Source: Arsukibacterium sp. (GTDB lineage Bacteria > Pseudomonadota > Gammaproteobacteria > Enterobacterales > Alteromonadaceae). Taken from it: a DNA stretch of 64,000 nucleotides. Under the pieces are notes generated by a model. That model had not been told where the DNA came from. It searched no databases and saw nothing but the letters and a program-made list of their open reading frames with translations. The stretch covers positions 240,662 to 304,661 of the forward strand of contig NZ_JAWWAP010000004.1 of assembly GCF_033721375.1 (NCBI RefSeq), in the 5' to 3' direction. The position numbers were made by a program, and so were the translations under genes. Positions 36,338 through 46,311 of this stretch are shown here, piece after piece (position 1 is the first letter of the stretch; each line of letters opens with the position of its first letter).

Positions 36338-37351
36338 ATGAAAACTATGAAACTTTTAAAACTGGCTGCTGCGGCGGCCTTGTTTGGTATGGCAGGGGTT
36401 TGCCAGGCCTCAATGATTATTACTAATGGTAATGTCAGCCTGGGTGTCGATGATTACGGCCAGCTTAATGTTCCAGGTGGCAATGCAGATGTTACCGGCT
36501 TAACCGGCGTCGGTTTACGCTACCTTAGTGATGGTTTGGAATATGAGTCAACCTATCACGGTTGTTTATGTGAAGGTTGGGGTGTAGCTGCTACTAATAT
36601 TTCCGGCTTCGCTAACAATAACTTTGGCGCCCCGTCAAACCTTAGCCTGGTAAGCTTTGACAGTACTGCCTCTACCGCTACCTCGGTAACTACCATGGGC
36701 GGTTTGCTACAAATTACTCATGACTTTGCCCTGGCAGCAGAAACCGACGACTTATTCCGCGTTTCAGTAACCATTGAAAACATCAGCGGTGCCGATATAG
36801 CAGAGCTGTTGTATCGTCGTACCTTTGACTGGGATACCTCGCCAACGCCATTTGAAGAGTTCGTAACTATTGGTGGCACTGCGGCTGCCAGTTCAGTATT
36901 TGCAGCCAACGATAATGGCTTCTGCAGTTCCGACCCTTTAGACTCATGCAGCCAGTTGCTGGCATCAGGCGATTTCACTGCCAGTGGCCCGGAAGATCAT
37001 GGTGCGAACTTTGATTTTAACTTCGGTGCCTTACTTACCGGCGAAACCTTCAGCTTCGATATTTTTTATGGTGGCGCCGCTAACCGCAATGCAGCCCTGT
37101 CAGCCTTAGCCAGTGTAGAGGCAGAAGTATATTCGTTCGGCTGGTCTGCTTTAGATGTTGATCAGGATGGTTTTGGTGATGACGAAGGCGAAATTACTCC
37201 TACCTATATTTTTGGTTTCTCTGGTGTTGGTGGTACGGTAATTATTGATCCGGACGACCCGGTAGCGGTACCGGCGCCTGCTAGTATGCTGTTATTTGCC
37301 GGTGGTTTAGTCGCCTTGTTTGCCCGTCGCAAACGCTATGCTAAGCTATAA
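36338..37351 (+). CDS. secreted PEP-CTERM-anchored protein of unknown function
   Basis: Signal peptide MKTMKLLKLAAAAALFGMAGVCQA. The C-terminus VAVPAPASMLLFAGGLVALFARRKRYAKL has the PEP-CTERM architecture: a VPxP motif, a hydrophobic helix and a basic cluster. The body is Gly/Asp/Ser-rich with no recognised domain. Confidence 0.75.
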   Translation: MKTMKLLKLAAAAALFGMAGVCQASMIITNGNVSLGVDDYGQLNVPGGNADVTGLTGVGLRYLSDGLEYESTYHGCLCEGWGVAATNISGFANNNFGAPSNLSLVSFDSTASTATSVTTMGGLLQITHDFALAAETDDLFRVSVTIENISGADIAELLYRRTFDWDTSPTPFEEFVTIGGTAAASSVFAANDNGFCSSDPLDSCSQLLASGDFTASGPEDHGANFDFNFGALLTGETFSFDIFYGGAANRNAALSALASVEAEVYSFGWSALDVDQDGFGDDEGEITPTYIFGFSGVGGTVIIDPDDPVAVPAPASMLLFAGGLVALFARRKRYAKL

Positions 37352-37375
37352 CCAATTAACGCAGTAAGCCTGTAT

Positions 37376-37408
37376 AAAGCCTTGCCTTAGCGCAGGGCTT
37401 TATTTTTT
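37376..37408 (+). terminator. rho-independent terminator after the PEP-CTERM gene
   Basis: A 10-bp stem aaagccttgc / gcagggcttt (one G-U pair) with a 6-nt loop, followed by atttttt. Confidence 0.7.
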
Positions 37409-37448
37409 GCCCTTAACTATTTGTTAGCGTAATCGCCTTTTTAACGGA

Positions 37449-37988
37449 ATGAAAATTATGGCAACCTATACATTTCACCCTTTATTGTTTGTTGCAAAAG
37501 TACTGGCTGGCACCGTAATAGTGAGCACACTGCTGATTGCAGTGCTGAGTGCCCCCGCTTTTGCTGATGAAACAAAACCTGCAGTAACAGAATTTGGTGA
37601 TTGGCGGGCAGTTTGTAAAACCAACTGTGTTATTGCCCAGGGCCTGCAAAACCCGGAACAACCGTCCATTATTTACTCCAGCCAGATTTCATACGTCAGC
37701 GGTAACAACGACCCGGTATTACAGCTTAATTTGCCTTTAGGAATATATCTGCCACCGGGGGTGGCGATTGATATCGGTACCAATAAACACCGGGCGCCGG
37801 TAACAGTATGCCTGCCGGAAGGTTGCAAAGTACTGTTGCAGTTAACCCCGGCAATTGTGCAACAACTGCGGGATAACGCCGCTTATACGGTACAACTGTT
37901 TGTTAACGAACAAAGCCCACGCCAGCTGAAGTTTTCACTGCGCGGCTTTAGTGAAGCGCTGGCCAGTTTAACGGCTGGTAGCAACTGA
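37449..37988 (+). CDS. IalB-like (invasion-associated locus B family) periplasmic protein
   Basis: N-terminal signal or anchor, FGDWRAVCKTNCVIAQ, then LNLPLGIYLPPGVAIDIG...VTVCLPEGCKVLLQL. The paired-Cys layout and LPxG motifs are as I recall for PF06776. Confidence 0.55.
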   Translation: MKIMATYTFHPLLFVAKVLAGTVIVSTLLIAVLSAPAFADETKPAVTEFGDWRAVCKTNCVIAQGLQNPEQPSIIYSSQISYVSGNNDPVLQLNLPLGIYLPPGVAIDIGTNKHRAPVTVCLPEGCKVLLQLTPAIVQQLRDNAAYTVQLFVNEQSPRQLKFSLRGFSEALASLTAGSN

Positions 37989-38050
37989 GACCTGATACTT
38001 ATCTACAAGGGATACAAAAAGGTACGGGCAAAAGAAAGCTGCTGCGGTGG

Positions 38051-38518
38051 TTATAAAAAATCCTGTTGCAGCCGCTCAACAATCGGCTGGTTGGCATCGG
38101 GGAAGCTGATAGCAGCCAGATCGCTGACATTCGCCCACTGCAGCGGTTGGCCCTCCAGCCCTGCGGGTGTGCCGCTAAAATCGGTAACCAGCCAGATATC
38201 CAGCTTAACCTGACGCTCCGGGTAGGTATAATTCAGCTGCATAAACGGCCTGGCTTGCAGCACGGTAATGGCCAGCTCTTCCTGCAGCTCACGAGCCAGG
38301 GCAGCTTCGACCGTTTCGCCGGGCTCAACTTTACCGCCCGGAAACTCCCATTTGCCACCCTGATGCTGTTTACTGCTGCGCAGGGCCAGCAACACTTGTT
38401 TATGCTGAGCTTGCTGCCTGATAATGACACCTACTGCCACATGTAGCTGTGGCAGGGTATCGGTTAGCTGACTAGCGTTAATCACGTTGTCGGACACAGG
38501 ATTAGCTGAGCTTGCCAT
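38051..38518 (-). CDS. mutT: 8-oxo-dGTP diphosphatase MutT (Nudix)
   Basis: Nudix box [31 protein letters not shown]. The ATG at 38518 overlaps the secA end by 17 nt. The longer track ORF up to 38725 runs inside secA and is rejected. Confidence 0.85.
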   Translation of the reverse strand: MASSANPVSDNVINASQLTDTLPQLHVAVGVIIRQQAQHKQVLLALRSSKQHQGGKWEFPGGKVEPGETVEAALARELQEELAITVLQARPFMQLNYTYPERQVKLDIWLVTDFSGTPAGLEGQPLQWANVSDLAAISFPDANQPIVERLQQDFL

Positions 38519-41231
38519 GACACTGTTTATACTTTTTACCTGAACCGCACGGGCATGGGTCGTTGCGGCCGACTTTTTCACCGTCGCGCACCACAGGCTC
38601 CGGCATGGCGCCAGCTGCGGCAGCTGCAGCCGGTGCTGCACCCGCCATCTGGCCGGCTTCAGCATGCTGATAGTTATGCGGTACCGCATCAGCTTTACGG
38701 CGCTGCTCTTCCACCGCTTCAACATCTTCCGCGGCTTTAACCTGTACCCGGCTTAAAATGCCAATAACGTCGGTTTTCAGCTCGTCCAGCATATTTGAAA
38801 ATAATTCAAAGGCTTCGCGCTTATATTCCTGCTTCGGGTTCTTCTGGGCATAACCGCGCAGGTTAATACCCTGGCGCAGGTGATCCATTGCCGCCAGATG
38901 CTCTTTCCAGTGGGTGTCCAGGCTTTGCAACATAATCGCTTTTTCAAACTGGCGCAGTACTTCCACCCCAACCATTTGCTCTTTATGCTTATAGCCTTCG
39001 CTAAATTCCAGCTGAATTTTATCGCGCAGTTTTTCTTCAAACAGCTTTTTATCATCAGCCAGCCATTGGCTTACCGGTAACTCCAGAGCAAAGTCAGCTT
39101 TTAAACGCTGCTCCAGCCCCGGAATATCCCACATTTCGTCTAACGATTGCGGCGGAATATACTGGCTGATCACCGAGTCGACGACATCCTCTCGAATAGC
39201 GCTGACCGTTTCGCTGATATCAGTGGCATCCAGCAGTTCGTTGCGTTGCTCGTAGACCACTTTACGCTGGTCGTTAGCAACATCATCAAACTCCAGTAAT
39301 TGCTTACGGATATCGAAGTTACGTGCCTCTACTTTGCGTTGGGCGTTTTCAATAGCCCGGCTTACCCAGGGGTGTTCAATCGCTTCGCCTTTTTCCATTC
39401 CTAACCGGCGCATCATGCCGGCCATCCGGTCTGAGGCGAAAATCCGCATTAACGCATCGTCCAGTGACAGATAAAAGCGCGATGAGCCCGGATCGCCCTG
39501 CCGGCCTGAACGACCACGCAGCTGATTATCTATCCGCCGCGATTCATGCCGCTCGGTACCAATAATATGCAAACCACCGGCCGCTATCACCTCATCATGC
39601 CGCTGTTGCCAGTCCGCAGTGATTTTAGCCACCTTATCATCGGTTTTCTCGGTTAACCCAGCTAATTCAGCTTGTAAGCTGCCGCCCAGCACAATGTCAG
39701 TACCCCGTCCTGCCATGTTAGTGGCGATGGTAACGGCACCCGGCCGGCCGGCGTCAGCAATAATCTGTGCTTCATTGGCGTGGAACTTGGCATTAAGCAC
39801 CTGATGCTTAATTTTGGCTTTATTCAGTAAGCCTGATAAGTATTCTGAGCTTTCAATCGAGGCGGTACCGACCAGCACTGGCCGTTTGGCGTCGCGGGCT
39901 TTAACAACATCTTCAATAATGGCGTTGTACTTGTCTTCTGCAGTTAAGTACACCAGATCGGCCATATCGTTCCGGACCATTGGCCGGTTGGTTGGCACCA
40001 CAATGGTTTCCAGGCCATAAATTTGCTGAAATTCGAATGCTTCTGTATCGGCAGTACCGGTCATCCCGGCCAGTTTGTCGTACAAACGGAAGTAATTCTG
40101 GAAAGTAATGGACGCCAGGGTCTGGTTTTCGTTCTGGATCCGCACCCCTTCTTTCGCTTCTACCGCCTGGTGTAAACCTTCCGACCAGCGCCGGCCTTCC
40201 ATGGTACGACCGGTATGTTCGTCAACAATAACGATTTCGCCGTCTTTCACCACGTAGTCGACATCGCGCTTAAACAGCTGATGGGCCCGCAGTGCAGCAT
40301 AAACATGGTGCAGCAGGGTAATATTGGCCGCAGAGAACAAGGTGTCTTCTTCACCAATCATGCCGGCTTCGCGCAGCATATCTTCGACTTTAATCTGGCC
40401 CTGTTCGGTCAGGTAAACCTGACGGGCTTTTTCGTCAACGGTAAAGTGACCATCGCCGTGGTTGCCCTCTTCGTCCTCTTTTTCCTGCTTTTCCAGCTGC
40501 GGTACCAGAGTATTGATTTGCTTGTACAGCTCAGAGCTGTCTTCAGCCGGGCCGGAGATAATCAGCGGGGTACGGGCTTCATCAATTAAAATCGAGTCCA
40601 CTTCATCGATAATGGCAAAGGCTAAATCGCGCTGCACCCGGTCCTGCGGTGAGAACGCCATATTATCGCGTAAATAATCGAAACCAAATTCGTTATTAGT
40701 GCCGTAAGTTACGTCGGCCTGATACGCCTGCTGTTTTGCCTGATGGGCTAAACCCGGTACGTTAACGCCAACAGTTAAGCCTAAGAAACTGAACAACGGC
40801 TCGTTGGTTTCAGCATCGCGCCGGGCCAGATAATCATTGACGGTAATAACATGCACGCTTTTGCCGCTAAGAGCATTCAGATAAGCAGGCAGCGTGGCCG
40901 TAAGGGTTTTACCTTCACCGGTACGCATTTCGGAAATGCGGCCCTGATGCAGTACGATACCGCCCAGCAACTGCACATCAAAATGGCGCATTTTAAACAC
41001 CCGGGTACTGGCTTCGCGCACTGTGGCAAAAGCTTCCGGCAAAATATCTTCCAGCGTGGCGCCGTCTTGCACTCGCTGTTTAAATTCAGCCGTTTTCTGT
41101 TTTAAGGCTTCATCGGATAACGCCTGGTATTCGGCTTCCAGGGCATTAATCTGCTTCACATATTTCTGCTGTTTCTTCAGGAAGCGGTCGTTACGGCTGC
41201 CAACTAATTTGGCGAAAAATTTTCCAAACAT
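38502..41231 (-). CDS. secA: preprotein translocase ATPase SecA
   Basis: 909 aa. [21 protein letters not shown]-terminus, Walker [29 protein letters not shown], and the C-terminal zinc-finger [14 protein letters not shown]. Confidence 0.98.
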   Translation of the reverse strand: MFGKFFAKLVGSRNDRFLKKQQKYVKQINALEAEYQALSDEALKQKTAEFKQRVQDGATLEDILPEAFATVREASTRVFKMRHFDVQLLGGIVLHQGRISEMRTGEGKTLTATLPAYLNALSGKSVHVITVNDYLARRDAETNEPLFSFLGLTVGVNVPGLAHQAKQQAYQADVTYGTNNEFGFDYLRDNMAFSPQDRVQRDLAFAIIDEVDSILIDEARTPLIISGPAEDSSELYKQINTLVPQLEKQEKEDEEGNHGDGHFTVDEKARQVYLTEQGQIKVEDMLREAGMIGEEDTLFSAANITLLHHVYAALRAHQLFKRDVDYVVKDGEIVIVDEHTGRTMEGRRWSEGLHQAVEAKEGVRIQNENQTLASITFQNYFRLYDKLAGMTGTADTEAFEFQQIYGLETIVVPTNRPMVRNDMADLVYLTAEDKYNAIIEDVVKARDAKRPVLVGTASIESSEYLSGLLNKAKIKHQVLNAKFHANEAQIIADAGRPGAVTIATNMAGRGTDIVLGGSLQAELAGLTEKTDDKVAKITADWQQRHDEVIAAGGLHIIGTERHESRRIDNQLRGRSGRQGDPGSSRFYLSLDDALMRIFASDRMAGMMRRLGMEKGEAIEHPWVSRAIENAQRKVEARNFDIRKQLLEFDDVANDQRKVVYEQRNELLDATDISETVSAIREDVVDSVISQYIPPQSLDEMWDIPGLEQRLKADFALELPVSQWLADDKKLFEEKLRDKIQLEFSEGYKHKEQMVGVEVLRQFEKAIMLQSLDTHWKEHLAAMDHLRQGINLRGYAQKNPKQEYKREAFELFSNMLDELKTDVIGILSRVQVKAAEDVEAVEEQRRKADAVPHNYQHAEAGQMAGAAPAAAAAAGAMPEPVVRDGEKVGRNDPCPCGSGKKYKQCHGKLS

Positions 41232-41442
41232 TATCCAGATACCATTTAAGTTAAAACTGCTTTGCAGCCCTGGCCAGGCCAGTTATTTATTGTCGTTGTA
41301 TGTTACTGCCTGCCGGCAAAGCGGCTCTTGGCAGAATATGGTGCCAACCGGGGTCAGTTTCAAGCCCGGCGAACTGTGGCAGCACCGATAAAACCTGTTA
41401 CACTTAACCGGCCTGCTGTTAAGCCTGTTAAGTAAGCTGTTG

Positions 41443-41904
41443 ATGAAACGCTATAGCCATAAACCCAAAGATTTAACCAAGCTGTTTGGCCAGAGCTCGC
41501 TGGCTACGATGCAGCAACAGTATGAACTTATTCGCAAATTAAATACCGAGTTATGCCATATTTTACAGCTGGAACAACTGAGTTTCTGTCAGGTGTCGAG
41601 CATTAATGCCGGGCGGGCGGTTATTTTATGTCAATCGCCAGGCTGGGCTAACCGGTTAAAGATGCAGCGCGATGCCATTCTAGACAATTTCAGGCAAAAA
41701 ATCTTGCCTGATTTAGCCGGAATTGATATTGAAGTGTCGCCGCATGGCCAGATTGCCCGGCCAGCAGTAACAACCCCGTCTAAAGCACCTGCCAATATCA
41801 AACAACATGATTTATCTGACAGCGCCCGCGCCGCGCTGCAACAGGCACTGGAGCACAGCGACGATAAAGTAAAACAGGCATTAGCCCGACTACTGGCCAA
41901 ATAA
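41443..41904 (+). CDS. DUF721/DciA-like protein (putative replicative-helicase operator)
   Basis: 153 aa. QVSSINAGRAVILCQSPGWANRLKMQRDAILDNFRQ fits the DUF721 pattern (..G.L.v.v.spawa.rL....il..l). It is divergent from secA, between secA and lpxC. Family call from memory. Confidence 0.5.
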   Translation: MKRYSHKPKDLTKLFGQSSLATMQQQYELIRKLNTELCHILQLEQLSFCQVSSINAGRAVILCQSPGWANRLKMQRDAILDNFRQKILPDLAGIDIEVSPHGQIARPAVTTPSKAPANIKQHDLSDSARAALQQALEHSDDKVKQALARLLAK

Positions 41905-41906
41905 TT

Positions 41907-41949
41907 AAAATGGGTCGGAGTGAATAATTTATTCACTCCGACCCATTTT
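41907..41949. terminator. 43-bp perfect palindrome, likely a bidirectional terminator
   Basis: aaaatgggtcggagtgaataa-t-ttattcactccgacccatttt has 21-nt arms that are exact reverse complements, with A and T runs on both flanks. It starts 3 nt after the DciA-like stop. Confidence 0.7.
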
Positions 41950-41960
41950 AATGCAGGTGT

Positions 41961-41990
41961 AAAAAAACCGGCATTTAGCCGGTTTTTTTT
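41961..41990. terminator. bidirectional rho-independent terminator (serves lpxC on the minus strand)
   Basis: aaaaaaaccggc-attta-gccggtttttttt: a GC stem flanked by an A7 run and a T8 run. Confidence 0.8.
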
Positions 41991-42016
41991 CATTCTTTTT
42001 TAAATTCAGTGCAGGA

Positions 42017-42928
42017 TCAGGCCAGTTGTGGTGCCAGATAGGAGATAGGCATCTGGGCTTTATCTTCAAAACTGACAAACTCCCAGTTTTCCTGCTCGGC
42101 TAACACGGCACATAACAGCTGGTTATTTAACGCATGGCCGGTTTTGTACGAGATAAACTCGCCCAGTACGCTGTAACCCGCCATATATAAGTCACCGATG
42201 GCATCGAGAATTTTGTGTTTGATAAATTCGTCTTCATAGCGCAGACCATCCTGGTTTAATACCCGGAACTCATCCAGTACCACAGCGTTATCGAAACTGC
42301 CGCCCAGTGCCAGGTTATTGGCCCGCAGATATTCGATATCGTGCAAAAAGCCAAAGGTACGGGCGCGGCTGATGTCTTTGATAAAGCCGGCTGCAGAGAA
42401 GTCCATTTGCATCCGCTGGGTAGTTTCAGCAATCACCGGGTGGTCAAAATCGATAGCGAAGTCGATTTTAAAGCCGTTATGCGGGCGGATTTCGGCCCAT
42501 TTATCGCCGTCTTCTACTCGCACGGTGCGCTTGATCCGGATAAATTTCTTTGCCAGTTTTTGCTCGCTAACACCAGCTTCCAGCAACAGATAAACAAACG
42601 GGTTGGCACTGCCATCCATAATCGGAATTTCAGCTGAATCAACTTCAATAATCAGATTATCAATACCCAGGCCAGCAATAGCCGCCATTAAATGCTCGGT
42701 AGTAGACAGGCGCACACCCTGCTCATTGATCAAACACGTACACATTACCGTGTCACCCACCATTTCGGGGGTAACTTTAAAGTCGACTATCGGCTCAAGG
42801 TCAACACGACGGAACATAATGCCCGTGTTGTCAGGTGCAGGCCGGAGAGTGAGCGTAACCTTTTCACCCTTGTGTAACCCAACACCAATAGTACTGACTG
42901 TTTTAGCGACGGTACGTTGTTTAATCAT
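42017..42928 (-). CDS. lpxC: UDP-3-O-acyl-N-acetylglucosamine deacetylase
   Basis: [40 protein letters not shown] and [11 protein letters not shown] are canonical LpxC sequences. 303 aa. Confidence 0.97.
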   Translation of the reverse strand: MIKQRTVAKTVSTIGVGLHKGEKVTLTLRPAPDNTGIMFRRVDLEPIVDFKVTPEMVGDTVMCTCLINEQGVRLSTTEHLMAAIAGLGIDNLIIEVDSAEIPIMDGSANPFVYLLLEAGVSEQKLAKKFIRIKRTVRVEDGDKWAEIRPHNGFKIDFAIDFDHPVIAETTQRMQMDFSAAGFIKDISRARTFGFLHDIEYLRANNLALGGSFDNAVVLDEFRVLNQDGLRYEDEFIKHKILDAIGDLYMAGYSVLGEFISYKTGHALNNQLLCAVLAEQENWEFVSFEDKAQMPISYLAPQLA

Positions 42929-43136
42929 AATTTCTTCCTGCTCAAAATTTAAGCAATCTCAAAATGGCGGCGAAGCTTAGCACAACTTCAGCAACTTTGC
43001 CAATTTAGCTGCATCGACTGCAAGCAGCTATCCTGACTAACCCCAGCTGAACAGTAGCTTAACTTCAACTGTTGCTAATATTACTTCAGCCACCTGGCAT
43101 GCGCCAGACATTTAACAGCCAGCCATGGCAGGCAGC

Positions 43137-44297
43137 TTAATCAGCCTGCTTACGTAAAAACGCCGGGATATCAAAAATATCGATACCGCCTTTGCTTTCC
43201 GGCTGGGTTTTAGTCTGTACTGCTTCTTCTTTTTGCGGATTAGCCGCCGGCGCTGCATGGCGCATGGTATTACCCTGCTGCACATAAGCCTGTACTGGTT
43301 CAGCACGGTGGCTTGGCACCAGGCTGATGTCCGGCCGGCGATCAGCGCCAATACCGGTTGCAACTACGGTAACCCGTAATTCGTCGTGCATTTCCGGGTC
43401 AATAACCGCACCTACCACTACAGTGGCATTTTCAGAAGCAAAAGCTTTTACCGCATTACCGACGGTTTCAAACTCTTCAATGCTGATATCCAGGCCGGCA
43501 GTGATATTAACCAGAATGCCTTTGGCACCTGATAAGTCGATATCTTCCAGCAGCGGGCTGGAAATAGCCTGTTCAGCCGCTTCTTCAGCACGATCCGGGC
43601 CTGAGGCGCGGCCGGTGCCCATCATCGCAGTGCCCATTTCAGACATCACAGTACGTACGTCAGCAAAGTCGACGTTGATCAGACCAGGTCGGGTAATTAA
43701 TTCAGCAATACCCTGTACTGCACCCAGTAATACGTTATTCGCTGCTTTAAATGCATCCAGCAGGCTGGTGCCTTTTCCAAGTACTTTCAACAACTTATCA
43801 TTCGGGATGGTGATAAGCGAATCGACATACTTGCTCAGTTCCAGAATACCTTCGTCGGCATAGGCAGTACGCTTTTTACCTTCAAACGGGAACGGCTTGG
43901 TGACTACAGCCACTGTTAAAATACCCAGCTCACGCGCCACTTCAGCAACGATAGGCGCAGCACCGGTACCGGTACCACCACCCATGCCAGCCGCGATAAA
44001 AATCATATCTGCGCCCTGCAGGGTTTTCTTGATGGTTTCGCGGTCTTCTTCGGCAGAACGGCGGCCAATTTCCGGATTAGCACCGGCACCTAAGCCTTTG
44101 GTTACACCGGCACCTAATTGCAGGGTGACATTGGCAGAAGAATTACGCAGCGCCTGGGCGTCGGTATTGGCCGCCACAAACTCTACGCCTTCGATATTGC
44201 TGGCTACCATATATTCGACAGCATTACCGCCACCGCCGCCAACACCTATTACTTTAATTACAGCTTCTTGGCTGTGGTTTTCCATTAACTCAAACAT
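43137..44297 (-). CDS. ftsZ: cell division GTPase FtsZ
   Basis: From the ATG at 44297, MFELMENHSQEAVIKVIGVGGGGGNAVEYM aligns with E. coli FtsZ. GGGTGTGAAP tubulin signature and the C-terminal DIPAFLRKQAD peptide are present. A GGAGAGAG RBS lies upstream. Confidence 0.97.
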   Translation of the reverse strand: MFELMENHSQEAVIKVIGVGGGGGNAVEYMVASNIEGVEFVAANTDAQALRNSSANVTLQLGAGVTKGLGAGANPEIGRRSAEEDRETIKKTLQGADMIFIAAGMGGGTGTGAAPIVAEVARELGILTVAVVTKPFPFEGKKRTAYADEGILELSKYVDSLITIPNDKLLKVLGKGTSLLDAFKAANNVLLGAVQGIAELITRPGLINVDFADVRTVMSEMGTAMMGTGRASGPDRAEEAAEQAISSPLLEDIDLSGAKGILVNITAGLDISIEEFETVGNAVKAFASENATVVVGAVIDPEMHDELRVTVVATGIGADRRPDISLVPSHRAEPVQAYVQQGNTMRHAAPAANPQKEEAVQTKTQPESKGGIDIFDIPAFLRKQAD

Positions 44298-44322
44298 AGC
44301 TCTCTCTCCGTTTTTACGCTCT

Positions 44323-45558
44323 TTAAAACTCACCTTTGAACCAGCTGCTGATTTTTTTCAGCAAGCTGCTAACTGGATCGCGGCTTTGTGCCGCATTTTT
44401 TTGCTGGGCCCGGACATCCTTGCCATACAGCAACAACCCGACTACGCTGGCGTAGGCCGGGTCTTGTACATATTCTTTTAAACCGCTGACATGCATCGGC
44501 TGGCCAACCCGCACCGGCATCTGAAACACGTCTTCGGCAAACTCCACTGCACCTTCCATTTTCGAGGTGCCGCCGGTTAGCACTAAACCGGCAGCGATTT
44601 GCTCTTCCAGGCCAGAGCTGCGAATTTCTTCCAGCACCAGTTCGAACAACTCGTGGTAGCGCGGCTCTATTACTTCGGCCAGGGTATGACGTGACATCGA
44701 ACGCGCCGGCCGGCCACCGACACTGGGGACTTCAATGCTTTCTTCCTTACCTACCATGCTGCGCAGGGCACAGGCATACTGCACTTTGATATCTTCGGCG
44801 TGGCTGATTGGCGTGCGGAAAATCTTGGCAATATCGCTGGTAACCTGATTACCGGCCACCGGAATAACCGCGGTATGGCGCAGCGCGCCGTTGGTGTAAA
44901 TGGATAAGTCGATGGTACCGCCACCCATATCCACCACACAGACACCCAGCTCTTTTTCATCGTCAGTCAGCACGGCATAACTGGATGCCAGCGACGAGAA
45001 AATCAGCTGATCGACTGCCAGACCGCAGCGCTCAACGCACTTTTCAATATTTTTAGCCATATCGTTGGCACAGGTAATAATATGGGCTTTCGCCTCCATT
45101 CTTACCCCTGACATGCCGATCGGGCTTTTAATACCCTCCTGCATATCAACTGAGAATTCCTGTGGCAATACATGCAACATCCGCCGCTCAGCCGAAATAG
45201 GCACCGATTTAGCCGCATGAATAACACTGGCGACGTCATCGGCGGTGACTTCAGTATCATTGATCGGCACCATACCGCTTTCGTTCTGGCAGCGGATATG
45301 TTTACCGGTAATGCCTAAATACACTGACGAAATCTGGCAATCGGCCATCAGCTCGGCTTCATTAATTGCCCGCTGTACCGCCTGCACCACCAGATTCAGA
45401 TCATTAACGCCGCCTTTGTCCATGCCTCGCGAGGCATGAGTACCCACGCCGACGATACTGAGCCGGTTATCCGGGGTAATTTCGCCTACTACGGCTTTAA
45501 TCTGCGCGGTACCTATGTCCAGCCCTACGATCAGATCTCGTTCTATCGACTTTGTCAT
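44323..45558 (-). CDS. ftsA: cell division protein FtsA
   Basis: 411 aa. LIVGLDIGTAQIKAVVGE, VVDMGGGTIDLSIY (actin-like ATPase motifs), and a C-terminal amphipathic helix SLLKKISSWFKGEF. Confidence 0.97.
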   Translation of the reverse strand: MTKSIERDLIVGLDIGTAQIKAVVGEITPDNRLSIVGVGTHASRGMDKGGVNDLNLVVQAVQRAINEAELMADCQISSVYLGITGKHIRCQNESGMVPINDTEVTADDVASVIHAAKSVPISAERRMLHVLPQEFSVDMQEGIKSPIGMSGVRMEAKAHIITCANDMAKNIEKCVERCGLAVDQLIFSSLASSYAVLTDDEKELGVCVVDMGGGTIDLSIYTNGALRHTAVIPVAGNQVTSDIAKIFRTPISHAEDIKVQYACALRSMVGKEESIEVPSVGGRPARSMSRHTLAEVIEPRYHELFELVLEEIRSSGLEEQIAAGLVLTGGTSKMEGAVEFAEDVFQMPVRVGQPMHVSGLKEYVQDPAYASVVGLLLYGKDVRAQQKNAAQSRDPVSSLLKKISSWFKGEF

Positions 45559-46310
45559 GCTTTTCTCTTTGGCTCCGTATTGGCATAACGCACGGCAATG
45601 CCGGTGTCATAGCGCAAATCGACTTCAGCTAATTCCTGTTCCCGATGGTTTTGCATGGTCGGGTACAATTCAATAAAACGTTGTAAGCGTTTCATGGTGT
45701 CCTGCCGCCCCAGTTGCAGCGCCAGCCCACCCTGCAGTTGCAGCCGCCAGGAAAAACGCTCGGTTAACCAAAGTTGCTCGGCGTTGAACTGATGTAACTG
45801 CAGTAACGACTGCATATGATGAAACATTGTCAGGGCATCCTGCTCACTGCCCTCGGGGCCGTGGAGCCGGGGCAGCGCCGGGATCAGCTCGCTTAACGGG
45901 GCAATAAACAGCTCCCCTTTATTATTTAGCAAGTGCTGCTGATTCCAGACTGCGACCGGCTGCTGCTCTGTCACAACCACCACCAGGGTATCGGGCCATT
46001 GTTTGCGCACGGCTGCCTGATAAACCCAGGGTTGTTGCTGCAGGAACTGCTGCACCTGATCAACGTCCACCCGAAAAAAATTACCAACATACTCCTGATG
46101 CAACTGCTGCTGTAATGCCTGTTGCTGAATATGCTGAAAATCACCGTATAACCGCACCTGTTTTATCGGTGCGCCCTGCTGGCTTTGCAGCCAGCCATGA
46201 ACCTGAACACCACCCCAGCTCAGCAGCGCCAGCGCCAGCACAAAAAACAGCAGACCGGCGATAAAGCCGGGCCTGTGGTTTAACTGCTGCAATGACTGAC
46301 GCAAGCTCAT
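45555..46310 (-). CDS. ftsQ: cell division protein FtsQ
   Basis: 251 aa with a single N-terminal TM (GFIAGLLFFVLALALLSWG) and POTRA plus FtsQ-type domains (WPDTLVVVVTEQQPVAVW). Conserved position between ddl and ftsA. Confidence 0.9.
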   Translation of the reverse strand: MSLRQSLQQLNHRPGFIAGLLFFVLALALLSWGGVQVHGWLQSQQGAPIKQVRLYGDFQHIQQQALQQQLHQEYVGNFFRVDVDQVQQFLQQQPWVYQAAVRKQWPDTLVVVVTEQQPVAVWNQQHLLNNKGELFIAPLSELIPALPRLHGPEGSEQDALTMFHHMQSLLQLHQFNAEQLWLTERFSWRLQLQGGLALQLGRQDTMKRLQRFIELYPTMQNHREQELAEVDLRYDTGIAVRYANTEPKRKA

Positions 46311-46311
46311 A

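Noticed and set aside
38519-38725. A longer mutT ORF (224 aa) starting at 38725.
   Set aside because: The first 69 codons overlap the secA C-terminal coding region out of frame and have no Nudix-family similarity. The ATG at 38518 gives a normal-length MutT.
41631-41993. A 120-aa minus-strand ORF upstream of secA as a possible SecM-like leader.
   Set aside because: It lies entirely antisense to the better-supported DUF721-like gene and runs through the terminator palindromes. It has no signal peptide or arrest-motif-like sequence and its composition is Cys/Ser-rich and odd. Judged a shadow ORF.
43327-44481. Long + strand ORFs (178 and 194 aa) opposite ftsZ and ftsA.
   Set aside because: They are antisense shadows within unmistakable ftsZ/ftsA coding sequence, with Ser/Ala/Pro/Thr-rich low-complexity translations. 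The same reasoning applies to the many other antisense or out-of-frame track ORFs inside spoT, recG, secA, the mur genes, the DGC gene and the 4-kb membrane protein gene.
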